Assembly (NCBI GenBank): GCA_947631135.1
Contig: CANRKE010000003.1
Span: 1-35,219, forward strand
Direction of reading: 5' to 3'
DNA length: 35,219 nucleotides
Source of the DNA: an uncultured Bacilli bacterium
GTDB taxonomy: Bacteria > Bacillota_I > Bacilli_A > RF39 > UBA660
Shown in pieces: positions 27,112-35,219 of the stretch. Both the position numbers and the translations under genes were made by a program. The notes beneath the pieces are model-generated. The model saw only the letters and a list, made by a program, of their open reading frames with translations. It had not been told where the DNA came from and did not search any database. The stretch's first letter is position 1; every line of letters begins with the position of its first letter.

Positions 27112-30100
27112 ATGAAAAGAAATAAGTATTTAATATTTATATTTGTAATAATGACATTTATGTTTGTGCCAAAACATGTGTTTGCTAAGCCTGGGTGGGT
27201 AGGTCCCATAGGAACATATAATCAAAGATGGAACGGGAATGAAAATGAATTTAAAGATAATGATGGAATAAATAATATACCAATAGCAAGTTATAGCGAT
27301 GGGACAACGTTAAATGAAAATTCCGGTGGAACATATAATCTTAGATATGATATAACGCATGTAGGTATTGATTCTAGTAGAGGTAATAATTTGCTTCAAA
27401 TATATGGATGGGGAATTATTAAAGATTATAATAATGGTGAAGCTGGTATTTATGCACCTACATATTATTTGAAATTATATGATATTAACAATCCATCTGA
27501 ATATAATATATATAAATATGAGGGAAATAAAAAATCTGGATTTAATGCAAATGAATTAAATGTTAAAACTGGCAAGACATATTATCCTTATGTTAATTAT
27601 GATAATCAGTGTGGTAACATAGATACATCTGGTACAAGTATATATAGTGAGCATTATGATAATGCAGAATTTGTATTTAATGAAATGAATTTGGATAATT
27701 TTCCTGATAATGATAATGATGGATTAGTAAATATAGGAATTCAATTAATGATAGTTATTCCAGAAATAGTTAATAATGGTAATAAAATTCCTTGTACTAA
27801 ATATAGGACAGATTGGTTCAATGTGGGATTATATGATGTAAATAATGGAAACGAGAGTAAATTAGACAATGATACTAATGGTAGAGTATCTGTATACAAA
27901 ACAAATGAAGTAAAATTTGTTGCCACATTAGTAGGAGGGTTTTCTCCTAATGAAACTTATACTATTACTAAAATGAAGGATCCAATACGATATCAATGGG
28001 CTACAAAATATAATTATACTATTGCAGAGAATGGAAAGAATGCATCTTCAAGATGGGTTCAAAATAATCCTGAAAATAAAATAACAATAACAGTTAAGAA
28101 AAATAATGATTGTATTAATTTAGATAATTTAACTGAAGATGAGAAAACAAAATGTTGTGAAAATGTTACAATAGCTGATGCAAACAGGGAATATTGTTGT
28201 GATAAAAATTATATAAATAATGAAAATAAGAAAAAAGAAGTATGTTGTGCTGGAGATTATGGATATAAATATGCATATTACCATAAAGGTGCTTGTTGTG
28301 AATATTTACCAGAAACATGTTGCGATGATGATGAATTTATTAATAATAATTGGGGAAAATATTGGAGATTAAGTTCTGGGCAAGTATGTTGTTATAACGT
28401 AAAATTTAAAGGGACTTATTATGGGATTAAGGAACCAGAAACATATGAATTTCCATCATTTTATACAAGTGGGAAAACTGGTCAATATTCTAAATGTAGC
28501 GATAATAATACGAATCCACAAAAATGTTCTAAAGGTAGTACTACTAATACAAAAAGTAAACAAATAGCAATAGATATTGAATATAAAAATAATAAAATAA
28601 AGAAAAGTGATACATATAAAATAGAAACTAATAAAAATAATCTTTCAGATATAACAAAAGAAAATATTGGATGGGATATTAATTATATATCACCTAATTT
28701 AAATACTTCAAAATTAGGAATAAAAATTATGGACGCTAGTTATGATCGAAATGGTGTAGTTACTTTTAAAGTTGAATATACATATGATCTTGATGATACA
28801 TTACTTGCTGGAAATTACAGAATAACATTAAATTTCTATGTATGCTTGTCTGATGATGATTCTACGGTTCATAAAAATAATTGTTCTAAACCTTCGTATT
28901 TTAATAATAATAAAGCAATATGTTGTTCTTATAATGAATATAAAAGTAACCCAGAATGCCAAGATTCGAATATACCAGATAATAAACCCGATATATCAAA
29001 TTTGACATGTAACTCAGAAAATGATGCATATATAATAAAAAGAAATATTAAAAATACATCGGATACTTATGGTTCATCAATAATTTGTGATGAGAAATTA
29101 GAATTTAAAAATTTTAAAACAAGTGAGTATATGCTAGAACATCCTGTATACTCCGGCACAGGATTTAAATACGATATTACTATAGATGATACAATAACGT
29201 GTCAATATAATTTCAATACTTCATATACGTCAAATGATCACGATGATTTAATAAAATATAAGCATACAAGTGAAACTACCCTACAAAATACAATGAATAA
29301 ATATTTTAATGGTTCAAATATTGGTGAGATACAATTTAATAGTGATTCCTCATATAAATATAAATTAAATGGTAATATTAATAAAAATAATAATATTGAA
29401 TTTACTCCTAGTTATGTAACACTTTATTATTGGAATATTGGAGCTTATAATAATGTAACAACTGAGAGTGATACTGCCTACTTAAATACAAGTGCAAAAA
29501 AAACAGCAACATATACGATAACATTACCAGAACAATATATAGATAGGCTTACTGGAGAACTTAAAAATAGTAATTCTGATAGTAGTAATAATTTAATAAA
29601 TGCCGGTAATAAATATTATACTGATATCGATGATGATACAGGATTTTATAATTTTTATGTTGATTTTAAAAATGCAGGATTATCAAAGATGGTTGCTGGT
29701 CAATTTAGCTGTATATATGCTGCTAAAAATATATTAACAACAGGTGGTAATATAACACCGGAAAGTGTAGAAGAAAATTCAATTGGTAATCAAAATTATC
29801 TAACAAGACCAATATCATTATCACAACCATTTAATACTGTTCCAAGTGGAAATGGACGTGCAACTAATTGGTATAGTACCGATCGTGATGGAAGCAGATA
29901 TATTAAAAACACTGCAACTGAAATATATACAAAACCAATGTATGAATTTACATTAGAACCTGGTAATATATCTACAATAAATAACTACAATAAAAATAAC
30001 AAATATAATACATGGAATTTTGATAGTAATTATTTTAATAAAGAAAACAACAATAATAAAAATGATCCAATAACAAACAGAACAAGTAAATTCATTTCAT

Positions 30101-30231
30101 GTTTAATAAATGATAGCAGTTGTAGTGATTCTTCATTATCTTCACTTAAAGGCAAAGGTAGTTATAATATTAATAATGCACAAGGAAATAATATTTTAAG
30201 ATCCACTAAAATAGGTGAATGGCAAAATTAA
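27112..30231 (+). CDS. Large secreted Cys/Asn-rich protein (candidate adhesin)
   Basis: Signal ending VFA, ~1040 aa, seven Cys-Cys doublets, no C-terminal anchor; ATG 1 nt after the upstream stop. Confidence 0.7.
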   Translation: MKRNKYLIFIFVIMTFMFVPKHVFAKPGWVGPIGTYNQRWNGNENEFKDNDGINNIPIASYSDGTTLNENSGGTYNLRYDITHVGIDSSRGNNLLQIYGWGIIKDYNNGEAGIYAPTYYLKLYDINNPSEYNIYKYEGNKKSGFNANELNVKTGKTYYPYVNYDNQCGNIDTSGTSIYSEHYDNAEFVFNEMNLDNFPDNDNDGLVNIGIQLMIVIPEIVNNGNKIPCTKYRTDWFNVGLYDVNNGNESKLDNDTNGRVSVYKTNEVKFVATLVGGFSPNETYTITKMKDPIRYQWATKYNYTIAENGKNASSRWVQNNPENKITITVKKNNDCINLDNLTEDEKTKCCENVTIADANREYCCDKNYINNENKKKEVCCAGDYGYKYAYYHKGACCEYLPETCCDDDEFINNNWGKYWRLSSGQVCCYNVKFKGTYYGIKEPETYEFPSFYTSGKTGQYSKCSDNNTNPQKCSKGSTTNTKSKQIAIDIEYKNNKIKKSDTYKIETNKNNLSDITKENIGWDINYISPNLNTSKLGIKIMDASYDRNGVVTFKVEYTYDLDDTLLAGNYRITLNFYVCLSDDDSTVHKNNCSKPSYFNNNKAICCSYNEYKSNPECQDSNIPDNKPDISNLTCNSENDAYIIKRNIKNTSDTYGSSIICDEKLEFKNFKTSEYMLEHPVYSGTGFKYDITIDDTITCQYNFNTSYTSNDHDDLIKYKHTSETTLQNTMNKYFNGSNIGEIQFNSDSSYKYKLNGNINKNNNIEFTPSYVTLYYWNIGAYNNVTTESDTAYLNTSAKKTATYTITLPEQYIDRLTGELKNSNSDSSNNLINAGNKYYTDIDDDTGFYNFYVDFKNAGLSKMVAGQFSCIYAAKNILTTGGNITPESVEENSIGNQNYLTRPISLSQPFNTVPSGNGRATNWYSTDRDGSRYIKNTATEIYTKPMYEFTLEPGNISTINNYNKNNKYNTWNFDSNYFNKENNNNKNDPITNRTSKFISCLINDSSCSDSSLSSLKGKGSYNINNAQGNNILRSTKIGEWQN

Positions 30232-30234
30232 AAT

Positions 30235-30270
30235 AAGTAGGCAATTAGTTTTGTCTACTTTTTTTATTTT
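30235..30270 (+). terminator. Intrinsic terminator
   Basis: aagtaggcaa-ttagtt-ttgtctactt followed by a long T tract. Confidence 0.75.
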
Positions 30271-30342
30271 TTTTAATAAAAGTATTTATTAATTTTTATA
30301 TTAATGGTAAAATTAGATATATGATATAGGAGAGTGGTAAGT

Positions 30343-30759
30343 ATGAAAGAAGCTTTCTGGGGTTACTTTCTTATAATGTGTGGGATAGTAGGTATTGCGA
30401 TACTTATGCTTTTTCAAGATGTAACAACTACAAATGATCAAGACTATTATCTAACTAAAGAAATAACTGAAGCTGCACTTGTTGATTCTTTTGATATACC
30501 TTACTATAGAGTAACTGGTAAGATAGCTATAGATAAAGAAGCATTTGCTGAAAGCTTTGTAAGGAGATTTTCTCAAAGTGTTAGTCCAACAAGAACTTAT
30601 AACATAAAAATAAATGATGTTGTAGAGTATCCACCTAAAGTAAGTGTTACTGTTACAAGTGAATCACAAGCATTTTCTTTTACTGGAGATCAATTTGCTA
30701 TAACTAATAGACTTGATGAAATACTAGAAACTAATTATGTAGAAGGTACTGTTGATTAA
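30343..30759 (+). CDS. DUF5411-like / TadE-like minor pilin candidate
   Basis: Short N-terminus plus one hydrophobic helix, KEITEAALVDSFD, F.ESFVRRF and PPKVSV motifs; first gene of the Tad cluster. Confidence 0.6.
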   Translation: MKEAFWGYFLIMCGIVGIAILMLFQDVTTTNDQDYYLTKEITEAALVDSFDIPYYRVTGKIAIDKEAFAESFVRRFSQSVSPTRTYNIKINDVVEYPPKVSVTVTSESQAFSFTGDQFAITNRLDEILETNYVEGTVD

Positions 30760-30805
30760 TTATTTATAATAATTTAAAAAATATATTTTAATTAAAATAA
30801 AATTA

Positions 30806-30814
30806 TGATATAAT
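30806..30814 (+). promoter_or_regulatory. Extended -10 promoter upstream of the cpaB-like gene
   Basis: TGaTATAAT followed by a gaggagg RBS. Confidence 0.5.
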
Positions 30815-30843
30815 CAATTTATAATAAAGAGGAGGATTTTAAA

Positions 30844-31767
30844 ATGAATAAAAGTGGGAATGCGTTAAAAAGATTTTTAACTAATAAGAACACAGTTACA
30901 ATTCTAGGGGTTTTAGTAGGAGCTGCTGTGCTTATTTTTGGTTATCAATATAGAGTTAATAGCCAAATTGAGCAAGTAACAATATTAGTTGCAAAACAAG
31001 ATATACAACCAAAGACAAAGATAACTGAATCAATGGTTGAACAAGTAAGTGTTGCTCGTGCACTATATGATAAAATGATAGGTAATTATGGTGAAGGAGT
31101 AAGTGTTTTAAGAAGTGTAAGTGAATTAGATACATTTGCTAATGGAGCATATGCTAATGTAAATGCACTAATTCCTAAAGGTACAGCTTTGATTAGGAAT
31201 ACTAATGTAGTAGAAGAATCAGCTATACCATCAAGTGTACTTAAAAAAGTAAATAAAGGAGAAGTACCATATGGTTTTGCTATCAATTACAATGATACAT
31301 ATGGTAATGCAATAATGCCTGATATGTATGTTGATATATACATGAAATATACTAATGATGAAGGTAAAGTAGTAATAGGAAAATTGCTTGAAAATGTTAA
31401 AGTTTTAGCTGCACTAGATTCAAGTTATAGAGATGTATTTGAAAATACTGCAGAACAAAGAACAACATCAATATTCTTCTTCAGCTTAACAGAAGAATAC
31501 CATTTACTACTTAGAAAAGCAAGATACTTATCAGTAGAGTTAATTCCTGTTCCAGTAACAGCATCAGTTACAAATGAAGATTATGAAGGAACATTGAGAA
31601 TAAGTAGTTCAGAATTAAGACAATACATAGAAGATAGAACAGTTAATGTAACATTGGATCAATTACCACAAGATGATACCCCAAATGTAGAAATTGAGAA
31701 TAATAATGGATCAGACTCAAAATCAAATTCAAAATCAGACACAAGCGCAAAATCCAGCACAAGATAA
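30844..31767 (+). CDS. cpaB: CpaB/RcpC-like Flp pilus assembly protein (SAF domain)
   Basis: N-terminal TM, VAKQDIQPKTKITESMV (SAF), GNAIMPDMYVDIY, LLENVKVLA; adjacent to a CpaF-like ATPase. Confidence 0.78.
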   Translation: MNKSGNALKRFLTNKNTVTILGVLVGAAVLIFGYQYRVNSQIEQVTILVAKQDIQPKTKITESMVEQVSVARALYDKMIGNYGEGVSVLRSVSELDTFANGAYANVNALIPKGTALIRNTNVVEESAIPSSVLKKVNKGEVPYGFAINYNDTYGNAIMPDMYVDIYMKYTNDEGKVVIGKLLENVKVLAALDSSYRDVFENTAEQRTTSIFFFSLTEEYHLLLRKARYLSVELIPVPVTASVTNEDYEGTLRISSSELRQYIEDRTVNVTLDQLPQDDTPNVEIENNNGSDSKSNSKSDTSAKSSTR

Positions 31768-33388
31768 TCAAGTTCAAAATACTAATCAACAACAAGTTTC
31801 TAAGCCAGAAGCAAAATCTGAAAATAGTGAAGATGCTATATTTTCACATATAGATTTTGGACCATTACAAAAATATTTAGATAATGATGATATTACCGAT
31901 ATTTCATATTCAAATGGTGGACAAGTTTGGCTTAAATCTCTAGAAAAAGGGGTATATAGAATAGATGAACCTGCAATTAACAATGCTTTAATGGAAAAAA
32001 TAGCGTTCCAATGTTCAAATGCAATGGGGAAGACCTTCAATATGGCTCAACCATTTTTGGATGCTGAAGGTACAGAATTACGTTTAAACTTCGTTCATGA
32101 GTCAATAGCTCGTAATGGTATTGCTGCAGTTCTAAGAAAGACTCCAGCAAAAGTAAGATTAAATAAAGATAAATTAATTAATGAACATTATGTAACAGAA
32201 AATATACATGACTTTTTAATAGAGTGTGTATTAGGTCACTGTAATATAATAGTTAGTGGGGAAACTGGTAGTGGTAAAACAGAGTTCGTTAAATATTTAG
32301 CAGCTCATACAAGAGAAAATGAAAAAATAATAACAATAGAAGATACTTTGGAATTACACTTAGATAGAATATTTCCACATAGAGATATAGTTGCAATGAA
32401 AACAAATAACATTGCATCATATACAGAAGTACTTGTTACATGTATGAGACAGAACCCAATATGGATATTATTATCAGAAGTTCGTAGTGCTGAAGCTGTT
32501 ATGGCAGTTCGTAACTCTATTTCATCAGGACATAAAATTTTATCTACAATACATGCTGATAAAGCTACATCTATTCCAACCAGATTATACAGTTTACTTG
32601 AATCAAACATAGATATTGAACAATTCTTATCAACTATACATAGATATATTCAATTAGGAGTACATATAAGAGGTTATTTTTCTAAACAATATGGAAGATT
32701 TCAAAGGGAAATTGTTGAAATTGCAGAATTCTTTGTTGATGAGAATAATAAACCTGGAAGCAATGTAATATATCAAAAGACTGTTGATGGAAGAATCACA
32801 AGAAGAAATCCATCTAAGTACTTAATAGATTATCTTGATATTCAAGGTGTACAATTATCTAAAAAAGTAATGGTTGAAAAAGAAGGAGAACAAGAAGATG
32901 ATAGTCTTGATAAAGCAAATCAAGAAATGGATAGAATGCAACAAATAACAGGACAAGTAAGTGTTGAGGATAATAAAGATAATAATCAAGTAGAACAACC
33001 AGTTAATGTTCAAACTCCTCAAAATCAAATTCAAAATAATCAAAATATGAATAATAATATGGTAAACAATAACTTTAACAATATGCAAAATTTAAATAAT
33101 ACAATGTTTACAAATAATAACAATAATTTCAATACAAATAATATGATGAATCAACAAATGTATAAACAACCAATGAATAATCAATTTATGAATAATAACA
33201 TTATGAACAACAATATGAATATGCAAATGCCTAGTATACAACCACAAACAAATAATACAACTAATCAAATAGTACAAGGTATGCAATCAAATAATATGAA
33301 TAATATGCAAAATAATAATGTTAATTTACAACAAGATATGAATAACTTCCAAGATAGTAATGATGATGCTGAAGAAATATTAATGTAA
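31706..33388 (+). CDS. cpaF: CpaF/TadA pilus assembly ATPase with Q/N/M-rich extensions
   Basis: GPLQKYLDNDDITDI, NIIVSGETGSGKT, ITIEDTLEL, MRQNP..ILLSEVRS.EA, SGHKILSTIHA. The start is uncertain (ATG 31706 or TTG 31694) and overlaps the end of cpaB. Confidence 0.9.
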   Translation: MDQTQNQIQNQTQAQNPAQDNQVQNTNQQQVSKPEAKSENSEDAIFSHIDFGPLQKYLDNDDITDISYSNGGQVWLKSLEKGVYRIDEPAINNALMEKIAFQCSNAMGKTFNMAQPFLDAEGTELRLNFVHESIARNGIAAVLRKTPAKVRLNKDKLINEHYVTENIHDFLIECVLGHCNIIVSGETGSGKTEFVKYLAAHTRENEKIITIEDTLELHLDRIFPHRDIVAMKTNNIASYTEVLVTCMRQNPIWILLSEVRSAEAVMAVRNSISSGHKILSTIHADKATSIPTRLYSLLESNIDIEQFLSTIHRYIQLGVHIRGYFSKQYGRFQREIVEIAEFFVDENNKPGSNVIYQKTVDGRITRRNPSKYLIDYLDIQGVQLSKKVMVEKEGEQEDDSLDKANQEMDRMQQITGQVSVEDNKDNNQVEQPVNVQTPQNQIQNNQNMNNNMVNNNFNNMQNLNNTMFTNNNNNFNTNNMMNQQMYKQPMNNQFMNNNIMNNNMNMQMPSIQPQTNNTTNQIVQGMQSNNMNNMQNNNVNLQQDMNNFQDSNDDAEEILM

Positions 33389-33400
33389 GGTGGTGTCGAT

Positions 33401-34303
33401 ATGACGGTTTTATTATTTCTAATTTTAGTATTTATTGGTATATTTATAGTAGCTTATAGAAATAAGAAAAATGATAGTGTATATAAATATTTATCACAAG
33501 AAGGTAAATTATTATATGATAGATTAGCTCCATATTCTTATAAAGTAATACGTGAAAAAGTAAAAGAAATGAAGCAAGATTTCACAATACGTGAATATAT
33601 TAAACAAATAATTATATTTGCTGGATTTGCAGCAGTTATAACATACTTATATTTCTATAGTATAATTTGGTCTATAATTTATGCATTAGTTGCTGTATCT
33701 GTTATACCATACCTTACATATTTAAGATATAAAAGATTATATTCAGAGTTTATATTTGAACAAATTCAAGTATATACTACAAATGTAATTATGGAATATC
33801 AAACAACAAAGTCATTTGTTAAGGCTTTAGAAGGTGTTGCTGCATCAGGTGTATTAGAAGATCCAGTTTTAACGGATGTTAAGATAATGCTTGATTTAGC
33901 ATATCAAAAAGGACAAATAGATGATTCGATAGAATTTATGAATAAAAAGTATCCATACCATATAGTTAAAAATATGCATCAATTATTCTTACAAGTTACT
34001 AAAGAAGGTGCTCGTGATATATCTGGATCATTAGATAACATGTCACTGGATATAGATACACTTGTTGAAGGAGTATACCGTGATAGATTAGATAGACAAC
34101 AATTCCATAAACAATTTTTAATGTATGGTGTTATGCTATTCTTCCTTGTTGCTATAATTCAATTATTACTTGGTAATGACCAATATTTAAAAATGATTGA
34201 ACTATGGTATATAAAGTTAGTATTACATGCAGTATTATTGTTTAATAGTTTCTTCCTACTTAATGGAGAAAAATATTATAATGAGAATGTAGGTGGAGAA
34301 TAA
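33401..34303 (+). CDS. TadB-like inner membrane platform protein
   Basis: TM, TM pair, helical cytoplasmic domain and a C-terminal TM pair; follows cpaF. Called mainly from topology and synteny. Confidence 0.65.
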   Translation: MTVLLFLILVFIGIFIVAYRNKKNDSVYKYLSQEGKLLYDRLAPYSYKVIREKVKEMKQDFTIREYIKQIIIFAGFAAVITYLYFYSIIWSIIYALVAVSVIPYLTYLRYKRLYSEFIFEQIQVYTTNVIMEYQTTKSFVKALEGVAASGVLEDPVLTDVKIMLDLAYQKGQIDDSIEFMNKKYPYHIVKNMHQLFLQVTKEGARDISGSLDNMSLDIDTLVEGVYRDRLDRQQFHKQFLMYGVMLFFLVAIIQLLLGNDQYLKMIELWYIKLVLHAVLLFNSFFLLNGEKYYNENVGGE

Positions 34304-35091
34304 TGTGGGAATTATTTATAGTTATAGCAATCGCACTAATTGTATGTGTAGTTAATGGTGTTATTGACAGTAAGAAATTTTTTGATGACAATAGCATATA
34401 TATTAGATCTCTTAAAGAAAATGATTATGATTTCTTAGTTCATGTTAGATATGGTGAGGCAGTTGATCCAAATGTTTTATTTAATAAAAGACTTAAAAAT
34501 GCAGTACTAATATTTGGAGTTGCATTAATATTCTTTATATCAAATATAAGCTTCTTAAATATACTTATATGTGCAGGTATTGCAGTATTTATATTTAAAA
34601 GTGGTTATTCAAATTTAAAGGCTTATTATAAAAAAAGATTACATGATATTGACTTATTACTTCCATATTATCTTAAGATGCTTGAAGTTTTGATTCAATA
34701 TTATACAGTTCCAGTTGCAATATCAAGATCAATTGATGATGCACCAGAAATATTTAGACCTGGACTTAGAAAATTGATAACTAAGATTGAAAATGGGGAT
34801 TCTAGTATTGATCCATATATGGATTTTGCTAAGGAGTATCCCGTTAGAGATTCAATGAGAATGATGCGTTTACTATACAGATTAGGTCTTGGTATCCAAG
34901 AAAATAAAGAAGAACAATTATTGTTATTATCTAAAACAATATCTTCACTTCAAAATAAAGCAAGAGAACAAAAATACAAAGAAAGACTTGAAAAGATGCA
35001 AGGAAAGACAATGATAATGCTTGGTGGTACAGGAGCAGGAGTTATAGTTTTACTATTAGTAGCTATGATGATGCTTATGAATACAATGTAA
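34303..35091 (+). CDS. TadC-like inner membrane platform protein
   Basis: LLPYYLKMLEVL (cf. LP..LD.L of the T2SSF domain), VPVAI and a C-terminal TM; TAATG coupling with the TadB-like gene. Confidence 0.7.
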   Translation: MWELFIVIAIALIVCVVNGVIDSKKFFDDNSIYIRSLKENDYDFLVHVRYGEAVDPNVLFNKRLKNAVLIFGVALIFFISNISFLNILICAGIAVFIFKSGYSNLKAYYKKRLHDIDLLLPYYLKMLEVLIQYYTVPVAISRSIDDAPEIFRPGLRKLITKIENGDSSIDPYMDFAKEYPVRDSMRMMRLLYRLGLGIQENKEEQLLLLSKTISSLQNKAREQKYKERLEKMQGKTMIMLGGTGAGVIVLLLVAMMMLMNTM

Positions 35092-35103
35092 AATAAATTT
35101 ATT

Positions 35104-35138
35104 AAAATATCATAATATTAAATGTTATGATGTTTTTT
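35104..35138 (+). terminator. Terminator-like hairpin ending the Tad operon; copy of 1338..1372
   Basis: aaaatatcataata-ttaaa-tgttatgatgtttttt. Confidence 0.65.
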
Positions 35139-35219
35139 ACTTGTATGTCAAGAAAATTAAAAAAATTAAAAAAAATTTAATTTTTCAAAAATCAGAGTTT
35201 TGTGTTCAAAAATTAACGA

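Noticed and set aside
81-33286. Short antisense or nested ORFs in the track (e.g. 81..368, 3858..4172, 7188..7604, 14621..15028, 32305..32610, 32855..33286)
   Set aside because: They overlap well-supported genes on the other strand, lack an RBS or motifs, and have the composition of shadow ORFs.
1323-35138. 33.8-kb mobile element bounded by the two hairpin copies as att sites
   Set aside because: The interval holds core genes (ileS, trxA, ung) and no integrase; the differences between copies fit RNA pairing, not att cores.
1-35219. Mycoplasma-type genetic code 4
   Set aside because: Long ORFs are intact under code 11, Trp is TGG throughout, and TGA ends the gene at 19328.

Overview
Very AT-rich chromosomal window from a low-GC Firmicute using standard code 11 (TGG=Trp, TGA=stop). 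Gene content suggests an uncultured Bacilli lineage such as RF39; this is inference. Housekeeping and envelope genes: ileS (type 2-like, non-canonical KIHH signature), trxA, ung, a class B sortase with a long N-terminal extension, a degenerate GGDEF receptor-like protein, YihY, a YtrA/GntR ABC operon with a visible operator, a MacB-like ABC fusion and an RNHCP protein. Accessory middle section: a Tim44-Tim44-SPFH operon whose three products end in Zn ribbons, a YhcG/DUF1016 nuclease between an intact and a decayed Bro-N-like gene (the intact gene and the YhcG leader each carry a GC-rich palindrome), a YutH/CotS-like gene and a coupled AAA_21 ATPase + TOPRIM/RloB-like pair (candidate defence system). 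The right end is a divergent Tad/Flp pilus locus preceded by two Cys-rich exported proteins. No rRNA, tRNA, CRISPR array, integrase, transposase or reverse transcriptase was seen. All family calls come from motif recognition by eye; no database search was run.
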